Assembly (NCBI GenBank): GCA_965216875.1
Contig: OZ244207.1
Span: 416,001 to 480,000 of the forward strand
Source of the DNA: Rubripirellula sp.
GTDB taxonomy: Bacteria > Planctomycetota > Planctomycetia > Pirellulales > Pirellulaceae
Direction of reading: 5' to 3'
Length of the DNA stretch: 64,000 bases
The notes beneath the pieces are model-generated. The model was given only the letters and a program-made list of their open reading frames with translations. It searched no databases and was not told the DNA's origin. A program made the translations under genes and the position numbers. Within the stretch, counting starts at the first letter, position 1. Each line of letters begins with the position of its first letter. Positions 29,598 through 38,197 of this stretch are shown here, piece by piece.

Positions 29598-30881
29598 ATG
29601 AAACTTGCCCAGTTTCGTACATGCACCCACCGCGCCTGCATCCTCACAATCTCGCTTGTTCTTGGCGTTGTCACCGCGTCACTTGGCGCTGACGAACCCC
29701 TTTGGAAGCAGGGGATTTCAACTTGGAACGGCAGCAGCTACGACGAGCTGCTTGATGAACCTCCGGCGGTCACAACGAATTTGTCCGCACCCTTGCCGGT
29801 AGCCGAGCAGGAATTCGCGGCTCCCTTGGAACAGGAGGAGCATCCCGCGCTCGAGCAAACGCCACGATCCTCGTCACTTGGCAGCAAGCCGTACACCATT
29901 CCGGTTGATCCCAATTCGTGGACGCCGCAAACCGTTGGCACCATTGCCCTTCCCGCCAGTCTCCCTATTGGCCAGTCGGCAGTTGGGCTCGATCCACCGG
30001 TCAATGGCAAAGTCGCTACCGCAACCGAAGGCGAAGCCGTCCAAGCATTGCCCCCGCCTGTTGGCGATGCAGGTCCGGACGACATCGAACCTGATTCGGA
30101 TTTAAACGAAGCTGATTTATCGGCCGCAGGCCCGATCGGGGAAGCGATCGAAGCAGGTGACGGCGTCGTCGAGTCAGCCCCTTTGGAACCCGCGGTCGTG
30201 CGTTGGTACCAGTACCCCCAGCAATGGATGCGCGGTTGGGATTCGCATGCCGAATTTGGCATCGACGGAAGCGATGGGAACGCGACGACGCTGGCGATCC
30301 AAACCGGGCTAGAAATGAAGCGTAAGACGGATCGGTACACGCTTGCTCTCGATGTCGACTATCGCCAAGCGAGCAATCGCAAGACAACCGTCGAGGACAA
30401 TGGCCGATTCAACTTGGACTACGACCGCATCATGGGCGATTCGCCTTGGTCAGGATTTGGAAAGTTCGGACTCGAGTGGGACAAATTCAAAGCCTTTGAC
30501 TTGCGGGTGAACCTAAACGGTGGTCTTGGGTATCACTGGATCCGAACCGACCAAACCTCACTGGTCACGCGGTTTGGTGCCGGTGCCAACCAAGAGATCG
30601 GGGCGCCGAACGACGACTGGATCGCTGAAGCGGTCTTCGGTATTGAAGCCGAAAAGCAATTGACGGCTCGCCAAAAGATCAAGGGCAAGGTCGATTACTT
30701 CCCCGCTTGGGAAGACTTCGGCAACTTCCGCCTTGTCACCGACTTGGCTTGGGAAATCCTGCTCGATGGCAGTGAGAACCTGAGTCTGAAACTAGCAGCA
30801 ACCGATCGCTACGACAGCACACCTCAAGGCGCCGAACACAACGACATCTACTATTCATTGTTGTTGCTGTACAAGTTTTAG
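29598..30881 (+). CDS. DUF481-like outer-membrane beta-barrel protein
   Basis: Signal peptide, long Pro/acidic linker, amphipathic beta strands (WDSHAEFGIDGSDGN..., DLRVNLNGGLGYHW), terminal YKF. Confidence 0.75.
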   Translation: MKLAQFRTCTHRACILTISLVLGVVTASLGADEPLWKQGISTWNGSSYDELLDEPPAVTTNLSAPLPVAEQEFAAPLEQEEHPALEQTPRSSSLGSKPYTIPVDPNSWTPQTVGTIALPASLPIGQSAVGLDPPVNGKVATATEGEAVQALPPPVGDAGPDDIEPDSDLNEADLSAAGPIGEAIEAGDGVVESAPLEPAVVRWYQYPQQWMRGWDSHAEFGIDGSDGNATTLAIQTGLEMKRKTDRYTLALDVDYRQASNRKTTVEDNGRFNLDYDRIMGDSPWSGFGKFGLEWDKFKAFDLRVNLNGGLGYHWIRTDQTSLVTRFGAGANQEIGAPNDDWIAEAVFGIEAEKQLTARQKIKGKVDYFPAWEDFGNFRLVTDLAWEILLDGSENLSLKLAATDRYDSTPQGAEHNDIYYSLLLLYKF

Positions 30882-30898
30882 AGGAGCGTGAGCTCATA

Positions 30899-31360
30899 CC
30901 TCGTGACCACGCTCTGCGTGGTCACGCACTCTCGGACGCTCCGCGTCCTCTCCGAAGGTCATGCTTCGCATGACAATCGTTTTCGTATTGGACGCTGTTG
31001 AGAGTAAGGCCCGACGCTAGCGCGTTCGGCTCACTGCCCGTTCGTAGTCCAGCCTTTGGGCGGTACGTGAGAAGATTCCGGCTAAAGCTCGGTACTACGA
31101 ACTGCCGGCTCCAAAAATCACGACTCTCTGCGTGGTCACGCACTCTCGGACGCTCCGCGTCCTCTCCGAAGGTCATGCTTCGCAGGACAATCGTTTTCGT
31201 ATTGCGCGCTGTTGAGAGTAAGGCCCGACGCTAGCGCGTTCGGCTCACTGCCCGTTTGCAGTCCAGCCTTTGGACGCGGACCGTAGCTACCTTCGCCAGA
31301 AGGTGGTTTCCATTGGCCGACCATCTTCCACTATCACCACGCTCTGGCGAGCGTAGCTAC
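30899..31360. repeat. Tandemly duplicated composite REP mosaic (B-spacer-C-D twice, then E)
   Basis: Units repeat with a 214-bp period (C cores at 31008 and 31222); E doublet 31283-31360. Confidence 0.85.
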
Positions 31361-31374
31361 GAAACTCGCTCGGC

Positions 31375-32451
31375 TTACAAGACATCGTCGCGATTGCGTT
31401 CTTTTAGCGCCGCGACGGCTTCCCGAACTCGTTCTTCAGCATGCTTGGGCGCGACAAGTGTTGCATCATCGGTGTGGACGATGATCAGATCTTCTACATC
31501 GATGGTGACGATCGCGTGTGATGAGTCACCGTGGACAATGCAGCCGCGTGTGTCGATGCCAATGTGGCTTCCCACGACCGTGTTCCCAGCCTCATCGTGT
31601 GGATGGAGACGCGAGAGTGCCTGCCAACTGCCGACATCGTCCCATGGAAATGGAGCTTCGATCACGACCACATTTGGATAGTCTTCCATGACGGCATAGT
31701 CGATCGACTTGCCCTTGATCGCCGTGAACTCTGTTTCAAGTGTTTCGGCAAATTGATCGCTTCCCATCGCATCGGCGATGTTCGCGATGTGAGCGTGCAT
31801 GTCCGATTCGTTCTTTGCGAGCGCGTCGAGAATTGTCGATGCACGCCACAGGAAGATGCCGCTGTTCCAATAGAAGGTTCCTGCAGCGAGGTATTCTTCG
31901 GCCGTCTTGCGGTTTGGTTTTTCACGAAACTTCTCAACCGAAAACGCGGCAGTGCCGGTTGCCGAGATGCCGTCGCCACGTTGGATGTACCCGAACGATT
32001 CAGCCGCGTAGGTTGGGCGAATCCCAAACGTCACAATTCGCGTTGGGTCTTCATCGATCAGCGCTTGCCCGGCGGCGATTGCATTCTGAAATGCCGACTC
32101 GTCTTTGATGACGTGATCCGAAGGCATGACAACCATGGTCCCCTCGGGATCGACGCGATGAACCATCGCAGCGGCAAGGCCAACGCAGGGAGCGGTGTCG
32201 CGTTTACTGGGTTCGCCAACGACGTTCTCGGCTGGCAGGGCGGGCAACTGTGACGCGATGGCATCCACCAAGACGCGATTGGTGATCACCATTTGTCGTT
32301 CGGGTGGGACCAAGTCGCCAAGTCGATCGACCGTCGATTGGATCATCGTGCGCTCTCCCGCGAGCGCCAACAGTTGTTTGGGACGTTGGGTACGGCTTGC
32401 TGGCCAGAAACGTGTTCCACTGCCGCCAGCCATGATCACAGCATGTAGCAT
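31375..32451 (-). CDS. manC: Mannose-1-phosphate guanylyltransferase
   Basis: MLHAVIMAGGSGTRFWPASR..PKQLL, EPSKRDTAPC, FREKP, WNSGIF, SIDYAVME, WDDVGSW; true start ATG 32451. Confidence 0.93.
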   Translation of the reverse strand: MLHAVIMAGGSGTRFWPASRTQRPKQLLALAGERTMIQSTVDRLGDLVPPERQMVITNRVLVDAIASQLPALPAENVVGEPSKRDTAPCVGLAAAMVHRVDPEGTMVVMPSDHVIKDESAFQNAIAAGQALIDEDPTRIVTFGIRPTYAAESFGYIQRGDGISATGTAAFSVEKFREKPNRKTAEEYLAAGTFYWNSGIFLWRASTILDALAKNESDMHAHIANIADAMGSDQFAETLETEFTAIKGKSIDYAVMEDYPNVVVIEAPFPWDDVGSWQALSRLHPHDEAGNTVVGSHIGIDTRGCIVHGDSSHAIVTIDVEDLIIVHTDDATLVAPKHAEERVREAVAALKERNRDDVL

Positions 32452-32455
32452 CGCG

Positions 32456-34771
32456 TTATTCCTTATCGCGGTCGCCGAGCGTTTTGCGTCGTGCGATCTC
32501 TTCGTCCAATAGTTTGAGAGCTTGTCGGAAATCGTTGTTCTCGGGCGCCAGCTCGATTGCTCGTTCGATCTGTTGCCGCGCCTCGTCCAGTTCGTCAGCA
32601 AGGTAGAGCGACAAACCGAATCGATATTGTAGGTCAGCGTTGTCGGGGGCAAGCGAGGCATCGCGACGCAGCAGCGGCAATTCGTCTTTACGCAGCTGCT
32701 TGGCTTCGTCCGCGAGTTGCTTCGCTTTTTGCGGGCCAACCGAACGAGCAACCTGTTCGAGCAATTGCGCGAGATTGGTTCTCGCTCCGGTCGTCTTGGG
32801 CTCAATCCGAATGGCGGTCCGATACGCCTCTTCGGCTTCGTCAGCCAATCCACGTGCTTCGCACAGCATCGCCCAACCCATGTGGGCTCCTGAGCGATCT
32901 GATGCGGTCATCAACGCGTCGCGCACTTCGTCGATTGCCTTGTCGACACGCAACTGATCGGTTCCGCTCAGTTCACCGTAGGCACCGGACGTCACCAAAA
33001 CGCGGACCGCTTCGCTTCGTACCAATCGAACCGGGTCGTCGATGTGTTTGAGGAGAGTTCGCCCCACATCGCGCAAGGCATCGGGGCTTGCCTGTGCAGA
33101 GGTCAGGAAAACATTGATCGCAGCGGCGCGAACAATGGGATGCTGATTCTCGTCGGCGAGCATTTTGCGCGCGGTTCCGATGGCTTCGATGCGACCGGTC
33201 CTCGCGAGTTCACTCAGCGCCGTCGCTCGCGCGATTGGCGGGGCCAAGTCATCCGTCTTGCGAACAAGCCGAAGCATCTGTTCGAGCGATTTCGGTTCGC
33301 CCGCTCGAAACGCATGCAGTGTTTCGGCGAAGTGAGGGTCCTTGCGCCGTTTTTCTCCGTACCATTGCTGACAAGCTTCGTCGCACCATTGGTCGACCTT
33401 CTTGACGATGTCGTCGATCGATTGGTTTTGGTCTCGCGCAACGAGCCAATCGGCGTATTCGCCAAGCGACTGCTGATCCGATGGGTTCAGGTCCTTGATG
33501 TGATCGTTGACGTGACAACCGCTGCAGGCGTTAGGCGTATTGAGTTGGGTTGAGAGGTCAGGGCGTGGAATTCGCAAGCTGTGATCACGGCGTGGGTCGA
33601 CCGCCATGTAGGTCGTCTCAGGCATGTGGCAGTTCACGCACATCGCTCCCGGCGTGCCTGGCTTGTGATGATGGTGCGATGGAACGTCGTACTTACCAGC
33701 GGCGTGCTGATGACACGATGTACACGTTTCGTTGCCAGGGTGCTTTAGCTTGAGTGAATGGGGATCATGGCAATCGCTGCAACGGATCCCCTTGTGGTAC
33801 ATGCGGCTTTGAACAAACGATCCATAGACATAGACCTCATCTTTGATCTGGCCGTCGTCGTGGTAGGTGTCGGCATGCAATAGTTCGAGGCTAAAGTGAT
33901 CGCAGTAGTTCGGTCCGGGACGGAAGTTGGCATCAAGCATTCCGCGACGACTGTGACAGGGTGCACAGGTTTGCAACTGGGGTTCGGCATCCTCGCCCTT
34001 GAGTTTGGCCAAACCGAATCCGTGATTCCGATCCCAGAAAAGCGACTTGCTGTTGGCCAAGTCCACATGCATGCTGCCGGGACCGTGGCAAGCTTCGCAG
34101 CTCACGTCGATTTCAGAAAAGGTCGTGTGATAGCGCGCCGTCTTGACGTCAAAGTTGCGTTTTAGATTGGTTGAATGACAGTCGGCACACATCGTCTGCC
34201 AACGCTGTGCGATCCCCGTCCAGTGAAGCGGATCGTCGGGTTCGAGTTTGTCGTCGACATCAGGCGGTCGCAGGTAGAACCATCGCTTCTTTTCGGTGTC
34301 CCAGCAGATTCGCAAAACTTGCAATCGCGGGATCTCATTCTCTGCCAGATTGGGGGCACGATCGAACTCGACCATGTACTGTTGGAGGGGTTCGTAGCCA
34401 AAGACGTACTTGACCTCAAAGTCTTCCATCTGGCCGGTTTCGCCTTCGGTGTGAACCATAAAGCGGTCCCCGTCGCGAAACATCCGGTCGACCATCCCAT
34501 CATGCTCGAGGGTCGCATCGTTGAAATCACCGAGCACTGTTGCTTCGGTGGCCAAATCCATTGCCAAGTCGTGATGTGAACCGGCAAACGCGTCGGCTTG
34601 GTCTTTGTGGCAGTCAATGCATTGGCTGCGGCCAACGTACGTCGCTTGGACATCGGTAGGGATCGCAGTCCAGTAGTCGGCAAACACGCCGCCGGCCAGC
34701 AAGAGACCAATGGCACCGACCACGATCCAACGTTTCGATGTGGGTTCAGAAGATCGCGAACGGTCGGTCAA
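32456..34771 (-). CDS. Membrane-anchored multiheme cytochrome c with HEAT/TPR C-terminus
   Basis: Eight CxxCH (CIDCH, CADCH, CEACH, CAPCH, CSDCH, CTSCH, CVNCH, CSGCH); N-terminal TM; TPR-like C-terminus. Confidence 0.85.
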   Translation of the reverse strand: MTDRSRSSEPTSKRWIVVGAIGLLLAGGVFADYWTAIPTDVQATYVGRSQCIDCHKDQADAFAGSHHDLAMDLATEATVLGDFNDATLEHDGMVDRMFRDGDRFMVHTEGETGQMEDFEVKYVFGYEPLQQYMVEFDRAPNLAENEIPRLQVLRICWDTEKKRWFYLRPPDVDDKLEPDDPLHWTGIAQRWQTMCADCHSTNLKRNFDVKTARYHTTFSEIDVSCEACHGPGSMHVDLANSKSLFWDRNHGFGLAKLKGEDAEPQLQTCAPCHSRRGMLDANFRPGPNYCDHFSLELLHADTYHDDGQIKDEVYVYGSFVQSRMYHKGIRCSDCHDPHSLKLKHPGNETCTSCHQHAAGKYDVPSHHHHKPGTPGAMCVNCHMPETTYMAVDPRRDHSLRIPRPDLSTQLNTPNACSGCHVNDHIKDLNPSDQQSLGEYADWLVARDQNQSIDDIVKKVDQWCDEACQQWYGEKRRKDPHFAETLHAFRAGEPKSLEQMLRLVRKTDDLAPPIARATALSELARTGRIEAIGTARKMLADENQHPIVRAAAINVFLTSAQASPDALRDVGRTLLKHIDDPVRLVRSEAVRVLVTSGAYGELSGTDQLRVDKAIDEVRDALMTASDRSGAHMGWAMLCEARGLADEAEEAYRTAIRIEPKTTGARTNLAQLLEQVARSVGPQKAKQLADEAKQLRKDELPLLRRDASLAPDNADLQYRFGLSLYLADELDEARQQIERAIELAPENNDFRQALKLLDEEIARRKTLGDRDKE

Positions 34772-34813
34772 CGGTAGCTTTTGCAGAGGTGGTGGGGCTT
34801 TGAGTGCAGACGC

Positions 34814-35233
34814 CTATTGTACTTCAGTCAGAAGTTTGACCGCTTCGGATCGCATCTGCTTAACAAGTTGTTGCCGAGTTTTATCGCGCGATCCGATCTG
34901 TTCAAGTCGGCGTGCCGCACGAAGCAGGCTCTCGGCGGCATGTGCGTGGCGTGATTGAGCCGATGACGCACCTTCCATCGCATCGAGTTCCTTTCCGAGC
35001 ATGCTGTTTTTCAACAGGCTCTGCTGGCCCGCCAGCTCGAGCAAATCGTTCAAAATGGGATCGGACGATTGCCCCGGATTCCCACTCTCGATGGCTTGGC
35101 GGAACTTTTCCTCAATCGATTGCTGACGCTTTGTTTCGTTGGGGCTTTGAGCCACACCGACGCTCAGTCCGGTGAAAATCCCCATGACTGCCATCACCGC
35201 CAACACGACCAGCCATCTGCCATATTCGTACAT
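34814..35233 (-). CDS. Hypothetical exported helical protein
   Basis: ATG 35233 followed by a hydrophobic signal/TM segment; co-oriented with neighbours. Confidence 0.55.
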   Translation of the reverse strand: MYEYGRWLVVLAVMAVMGIFTGLSVGVAQSPNETKRQQSIEEKFRQAIESGNPGQSSDPILNDLLELAGQQSLLKNSMLGKELDAMEGASSAQSRHAHAAESLLRAARRLEQIGSRDKTRQQLVKQMRSEAVKLLTEVQ

Positions 35234-35454
35234 CGCCCAACCCACCGTGAAAAAGGTGCAAAAAACGGATCCATCCCATGCCACCGCCGCATATTGGACC
35301 TGATAGTGTCCTGCCATATCAACAGTGATCGGCAGCGGTGATGGCCGCGGCCTACCTACAGCAAACAACGCGCCAATGGCTGGTGGCGGCCGCGGAATAA
35401 GGCCCGGAGACGTCACCCGGACATTGGGAATCAGGACCCTGAGTCATCGGGACC

Positions 35455-36327
35455 CTAGGAATCCGGACCTTGGGGACCGTTGGGATGGTTGGGGCCGGGC
35501 GGCGGTGGGGCCTGCTCGGTCACCGGCGGACGCTTCGAAATCGGTTGCTGTGGCGCCGGTTGTTTTCCGCCGGTTGATTGAGCCGTCCGCGTTCGGGTTG
35601 TCGGACGTCGCTTGATGGGCGCCAGGGCATGCTGAGTTTGGTAGGCGACCTCGGCAATCATCGAGTCGACCCGGTTGCGGCAGATCGCGTAGACGGCCAA
35701 GGCGGGAATCGCGACGACCAAGCCGCCGACCGTCGTGACGAGCGCTTGGTAGATCCCTTCGGCCAGGTCGCCGGCGCCGGCTGAACCGCGAGTCGTTGCA
35801 ACTTGTTGGAATGCAAAAATCATCCCCGTGACGGTTCCAAGCAGCCCGACCATCGGCGCGATGTTGCCGATCACCGAAAGGTATTCGATTCGACGCATGA
35901 GACGTGCGGCTTGTTGTGCCAACGAATCTTCGACTGCTTTTTCCACTTCGCGCCAACCGAATTCGAGTTCCGACAATCCCGAAAGCAAGACGACACTCAA
36001 GACGCTCGGTTGGCGCCTGCACGCGGCGTCGGCTTCGGCGGGACGCCCGGTCAACAGCGATTGACGTACCGCATCGCTAACACCGTCGGGCAACACTTCG
36101 CTGCGTCGCAGCGTCATGACTTGATCGAAAACCAAGTAGGCGGCGGCGACGCTTAACGCGAACAGCACCAAAAGAATCAACAGGCCAACGATGCCGCCGC
36201 TGAGGACGATTTCAAAGAAACCATCGCCTTGGATTTGGTCGGCTGCTTGTGCCCCAGTGGACTGCGTGCCAGTGGGTGGGGCTGCTTGTGCGAGCAGTGC
36301 AAAGGAAAGGTCGGCTGGACTCATCAT
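35455..36327 (-). CDS. MotA/TolQ/ExbB proton channel family protein
   Basis: LSVIGNIAPMVGLLGTVTGMIFAF, LAEGIYQALVTTVGGLVVAIP; ATGA overlap with upstream GTPase. Confidence 0.92.
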   Translation of the reverse strand: MMSPADLSFALLAQAAPPTGTQSTGAQAADQIQGDGFFEIVLSGGIVGLLILLVLFALSVAAAYLVFDQVMTLRRSEVLPDGVSDAVRQSLLTGRPAEADAACRRQPSVLSVVLLSGLSELEFGWREVEKAVEDSLAQQAARLMRRIEYLSVIGNIAPMVGLLGTVTGMIFAFQQVATTRGSAGAGDLAEGIYQALVTTVGGLVVAIPALAVYAICRNRVDSMIAEVAYQTQHALAPIKRRPTTRTRTAQSTGGKQPAPQQPISKRPPVTEQAPPPPGPNHPNGPQGPDS

Positions 36328-38153
36328 GACTCCATCATGTCAGCTGTACCGGCCGAGAGTAGGAACTCGGCATCGGCAAGCAAAGGATCATCCCACCGAA
36401 GGCTCAGCACACCGTCGCGTTGTAGTTGCAGGATCGTTTCATGGTGTCGCTCGCGTATCCGTTTCTCGGCTCGATCGACACGTGAACGCCCCTGTGCCAA
36501 AGACAAGACGACCATCGCAAAAATCGCTGTGGGCAATATCGACAATAACAAACTGGTCAGCAGCATCGACATTTCGGGACGTGGAAACGACTCGAGGCCG
36601 CCCCCCATCTCGATCAGCGTCGAATAGCTTGCACCAAAGTATCCTCGATAAAGCGCGACAATGGGACCAGCCATCAAAAACCAAAACACGGCCGTTCCGA
36701 TGAGTCCACAGAGGACTGCGCCTGCGCGCGAAAAGTTCACGTTTTCGATTTCGTCATGGAAGATGCGTTGCGATTGCTCTTGCAACGCGCCGATTCCGGA
36801 AAGGTAGGCAACTTGCGAACGGTTTGCGTCCCCTGCGATTGAAATCTGAGAGGGGCGCTGTTGCCTGAGTTCGGCGATTTCGTCGCGAAAACGAGCCGCC
36901 AACGGACCCAAGCGATCGGTCACTGCGGCCGCACTGCGGCGCTGGAGTCCGTCTCGGACATCCTGGTCTGCACCCTGTTGGGCGACCAAATTCTTGGTGC
37001 TGCTCCAGACGACGCTGATCAACGACGGGAGCGATCCCGAGAGCGAAAGGAACACACGGTCCCAAGCTCCGTGTGTCATGTTCAACAGGCTAAGTTGCGA
37101 CCGATAGGGGAACCAAAACGCAGCCGTGTCGGTAATCAGCGAAAGTCTCAGGTTGCTGCGGATCGCTGCGCGAAGCGGTCCGCCACTTCCGACGAGGCTT
37201 TCGGCAACCTCGGCTGGCAACTTCGTTGCTTCATCGTTTAACCGTCTGACCGCCGCGGTCAAACCGGGAAGCTGGTCGCTCAGGACACCATGCAGCGCCG
37301 CGCGGAACCGGCCGTCGAGAGCCGATAAGCGGGTGCTTCGCCGACGATCCCCTTCCCAGGCGTTACCGAGTTCCGCTTGCAGACGGGCTGCCACCTCGGT
37401 CGCCGCTGCGCCGCCAATCGTCTTTTCGTCTCGTCCGCCAATTTCAAAATCGTCAACCACCACGGGGGTCGCGATCACGCTTGTCGGTGCTGCTTCGCGC
37501 ATCCGCGCCACGAAGGCTTCGATGTCGGATGTCAATGCGTCATCGCGCGTGCGAACGATGTTCACCACGGGGATGACGATCGTGCCTTCGCTCGCCTCGG
37601 TCAACATGCCGACCGTTTCGCTCCGCAATTGGTCACGACGGACGATCAATAGCAGAACGGATGCGAGCGAGAGTGCTCGGGACGCGATCTTGGCAATCTT
37701 GCGACGATCATCGGTCGCACCGGGGGCGTCGACCAGCAGATAGGGGCCGCCAATCGATTCCATCTTGCCCGCGTCGCAGTGGATGTACTTTTCATGCCGA
37801 GAATCGAGGTCGGCTGGCGGCACCGGTCCGACCCAAGTCAACGATTCGGTTGCTTCCGCCGCATTGTTGCCGCTCGGAATCGCAGCGGCGACCGATGCGT
37901 CTTGAATGAGTTGCCGAATCATCCAAGACTTGCCCTGACCGGTTGCGCCGACGACAGCAACCACGCTTGCGCCACTGCTGCGATCTTCGAGGATCATCCT
38001 GCGCGCTTCCGCATGCTCGTCGCAAAGTTCAAGCACCTCGCGGCCCGTTTCACTGTCTCCCAAGACGCTGGTTGCGGCGCGACGAACGCGGGAAAGAAAA
38101 ACGCGTCCCGGTTCTCCAAGCGAGCTTGCAGGTTGCGGCGATGCTTCCGTCAC
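36324..38153 (-). CDS. Dynamin-like P-loop GTPase with two C-terminal TM segments
   Basis: G1 GATGQGKS, G3 DAPG, G4-like VVNIVR, helical stalk, two hydrophobic C-terminal segments. Confidence 0.65.
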   Translation of the reverse strand: MTEASPQPASSLGEPGRVFLSRVRRAATSVLGDSETGREVLELCDEHAEARRMILEDRSSGASVVAVVGATGQGKSWMIRQLIQDASVAAAIPSGNNAAEATESLTWVGPVPPADLDSRHEKYIHCDAGKMESIGGPYLLVDAPGATDDRRKIAKIASRALSLASVLLLIVRRDQLRSETVGMLTEASEGTIVIPVVNIVRTRDDALTSDIEAFVARMREAAPTSVIATPVVVDDFEIGGRDEKTIGGAAATEVAARLQAELGNAWEGDRRRSTRLSALDGRFRAALHGVLSDQLPGLTAAVRRLNDEATKLPAEVAESLVGSGGPLRAAIRSNLRLSLITDTAAFWFPYRSQLSLLNMTHGAWDRVFLSLSGSLPSLISVVWSSTKNLVAQQGADQDVRDGLQRRSAAAVTDRLGPLAARFRDEIAELRQQRPSQISIAGDANRSQVAYLSGIGALQEQSQRIFHDEIENVNFSRAGAVLCGLIGTAVFWFLMAGPIVALYRGYFGASYSTLIEMGGGLESFPRPEMSMLLTSLLLSILPTAIFAMVVLSLAQGRSRVDRAEKRIRERHHETILQLQRDGVLSLRWDDPLLADAEFLLSAGTADMMES

Positions 38154-38197
38154 GGATGTCTCTCGCGTCGTTGAAAAGGAATGAAGTGTGAAACGTC

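Noticed and set aside
28815..31324. Short minus-strand ORFs sharing EPNALASG peptides
   Set aside because: They are translations of the REP mosaics, not genes
29211..31360. CRISPR array
   Set aside because: Spacers are conserved rather than unique, spacing is irregular, and no cas genes are present
32452..32853. N-terminal extension of manC in the ORF track
   Set aside because: Overlaps the cytochrome gene; family similarity starts at ATG 32451
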